NCBI GenBank assembly: GCA_963847185.1
Contig: CAWJYV010000008.1
Location: forward strand, 160,001-224,000
DNA from: an uncultured Methanosarcinaceae archaeon
GTDB taxonomy: Archaea; Halobacteriota; Methanosarcinia; Methanosarcinales; Methanosarcinaceae
DNA length: 64,000 bases
Direction: 5' to 3'
Part shown: positions 62,125 to 64,000 of the stretch, in pieces
How the letters are laid out: every line of letters begins with the position of its first letter
Position numbering within the stretch: the first letter of the stretch is position 1
The notes under the pieces: model-generated
Databases searched by the model: none
What the model was told of the DNA's origin: nothing
What the model saw: only the letters and a program-made list of their open reading frames with translations
Translations under genes and position numbers: made by a program

Positions 62125-62995
62125 AAAGAGAAAGCGGTATGTTGTCTCAAAATCGTTCTTGTGTATATCGTTTAAAACGCTTGCCTGAAACTTCTGAAAG
62201 CAGCGTCGTATTAACATCTCAGTTGTCGTATACATAAGAAAATCCATTCATGTCGTTATCCTGTATTCTAAGACCTTTGGTATGCCTCGGGTGGATGATA
62301 CTACTCTACCTGTTAGTACAGATATACTGTATCTGAATTTGAAAATAAAGGCATAATTTCGTTTCCAGCTTTATCTTGGGGATAAATTCCGTATTTACAC
62401 TTCAAGACAGGCTATTTTCCAAATTTAACCTAATTAATCTTAGTTATTGCCTTTTTAAGCGCATTTTTTCCCTAGTAAGTTTTTATTGATCTAATTTGAG
62501 CTTTTATCCTAAATTCAAGTTACAGGATAATGTTGATAAATTATATCTTGAAATGACCCCCTGTCAATTAACAAGTTTGATTATAATGCCTGCTGGATTT
62601 GGTTCTGTATCTCAAGTTCTTAATTAATAACGAATTTAATAACTTATCCTGAGTCTCAAAAATTTACTGCTTTGAATTTACGTTCATTTTTCTGATTTAA
62701 ATCTACGTCTTTATAGGTTTTTATGGGGATTAATCGTTTTATTTTTGGCTATCTATATAATTAAGTGTACTATAAAGCTTATTTTATAAATTCATTCTTC
62801 TTAATCTCTCTATTTTTATAAGTATCCTTTTATTTAACCCGGCCAATTTCAGGAATGTCAACTGGCAATAGTCGGAAAGACAATTTGAATACAATAGAGT
62901 TATGCCTTTACCTCAGTTGTAGTCCTAAAGATATGAACTCTTAACATTGTATCAAAATATGCTAAGTTGAACAAAAATTGGAAGTGTCAATATTT

Positions 62996-63364
62996 ATGGG
63001 GAGACAGATATTTGACAAAATAAAAAGGGTCCTGTGCATGTTCACACTGGTCTTTTTTGTAATGTCATTGACAGCTGCATCAGTAAGTGCAGAGTCAGGT
63101 AATGCGAAGAATTGGAATGAACAGAAGACTACGTGGGATAAGAAGAAGACTATGTGGGATAAGGAGAAGACTACGTGGGAGAAAGAGAAGAAGAAATGGG
63201 GAGATGATAAAAATAAGTGGGACAAGAAAAAGAAATCCGGAAATGATTACAATAACTGGTTTAAGAAATATCAGGCATGGATGGCCAAATATAATGCTTG
63301 GATGGTCAAACATAAACAATTTGAGAGAAATTATAATAAATGGCAAAACATCCAGCTACAGTAA
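62996..63364 (+). CDS. Small secreted protein with Trp heptad repeats
   Basis: Signal peptide ...LVFFVMSLTAASVSA; W every 7 residues; underlying 21-bp DNA repeat gaagactacgtgggataagaa. Confidence 0.75.
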   Translation: MGRQIFDKIKRVLCMFTLVFFVMSLTAASVSAESGNAKNWNEQKTTWDKKKTMWDKEKTTWEKEKKKWGDDKNKWDKKKKSGNDYNNWFKKYQAWMAKYNAWMVKHKQFERNYNKWQNIQLQ

Positions 63365-63909
63365 TTGGAAAATACTGAATCTAACTGTAAAATGAACTGA
63401 ATAACGGTGTCTGTAAAACAGATAATTCCTTATGAAATTTACGTGCTTGAGGACAAAAAGAAATAAAACTACCATAAGTTTCGTAATTTCGATTTATGGT
63501 GTTTTGCCCATGTTTTCTTACTTCAAGCGCGTAGATACTATCTACTTCATTTTTGTGTGCATTAATCAGTGTTGATGACTAACTTATCTCTAAAAACTTT
63601 CCTAAGCCCTCAGAGTATCTCTTCTCAAAATCCACAATAATCAAAGTTGCACTGGAATACCTCACTGCAGGCAGGGGTATGTTATGTCAGCGCACAGTTT
63701 GTAAAGGAACTATTAAAGTAAATTATTTTCATTTGGTTGTACGCTTCTTTTTCTCCATGGTTCCCGTGCTTTTCAACATGTCTTTGATATCAAAGTTGTC
63801 TAATCTTCTATAGTTCCAATGTAACCCCTATCATTCATATTTCACTTCCCATAACCGTTATTCGGAGCTGATCAATAACTCGCTGACACGATCTGTTTGT
63901 ACTGTAATT

Positions 63910-63947
63910 CTATCTCTAGTACAAGGATTCTATCTTTAGTACAAGGG
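63910..63947. repeat. 20-bp tandem duplication
   Basis: tctatctctagtacaagg / tctatctttagtacaagg. Confidence 0.6.
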
Positions 63948-64000
63948 TAATTAGAAATATGACTCAGTTATTGAAAACGGTTCTCGGAGAAATCTTCCAT

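Overview
This is a low-GC chromosomal window from a methanogenic archaeon, very probably Methanosarcina. Evidence for that is the mtrEDCBAFGH operon, bacterial-type groES-groEL, a DUF1724-type regulator and CHASE4/HisKA_2 kinase, and 'CGCTCGCTCAAGC' intergenic repeats. The left arm holds the 3' end of an EndoQ-like nuclease, tRNA-Ser(CGA), rubrerythrin, and a molybdate cluster (modA, orphan fmdB/fwdB paralog, mop, modB, modC). It continues with tRNA-Trp carrying a 122-nt intron-encoded box C/D guide RNA, an aminotransferase, a YhhQ-type transporter, an RNase H-like protein and groESL. About 19.7-35 kb is accessory-like and ends in an integrase stub at the 3' end of tRNA-Thr(TGT). It contains multi-PRC-barrel proteins, a Zn-finger mini-protein, an HNH-like protein, AIM24, a PRTase/hydrolase pair, a sensor kinase, a YxPGxW-repeat protein and a degenerate phosphoesterase. 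The right arm is mostly core: aldolase, CDP-alcohol phosphotransferase, archease-rtcB, mtr, a Na+/solute symporter, a deleted wtpABC scar plus modE, USP, an MMPL/COG1361 module, rnp4, srp19, a pilin and a Trp-heptad secreted protein. The top candidate for a new system is the intact FmdB/FwdB paralog that has lost its Mo/W-ligating Cys and adjacent His (CHGP->GNGP) and sits without partner subunits inside the Mo-uptake cluster, near a perfect ModE-type palindrome. Several small frameshifts, one in essential mtrE, suggest some assembly error. All family assignments are from motif recognition; no searches were run.
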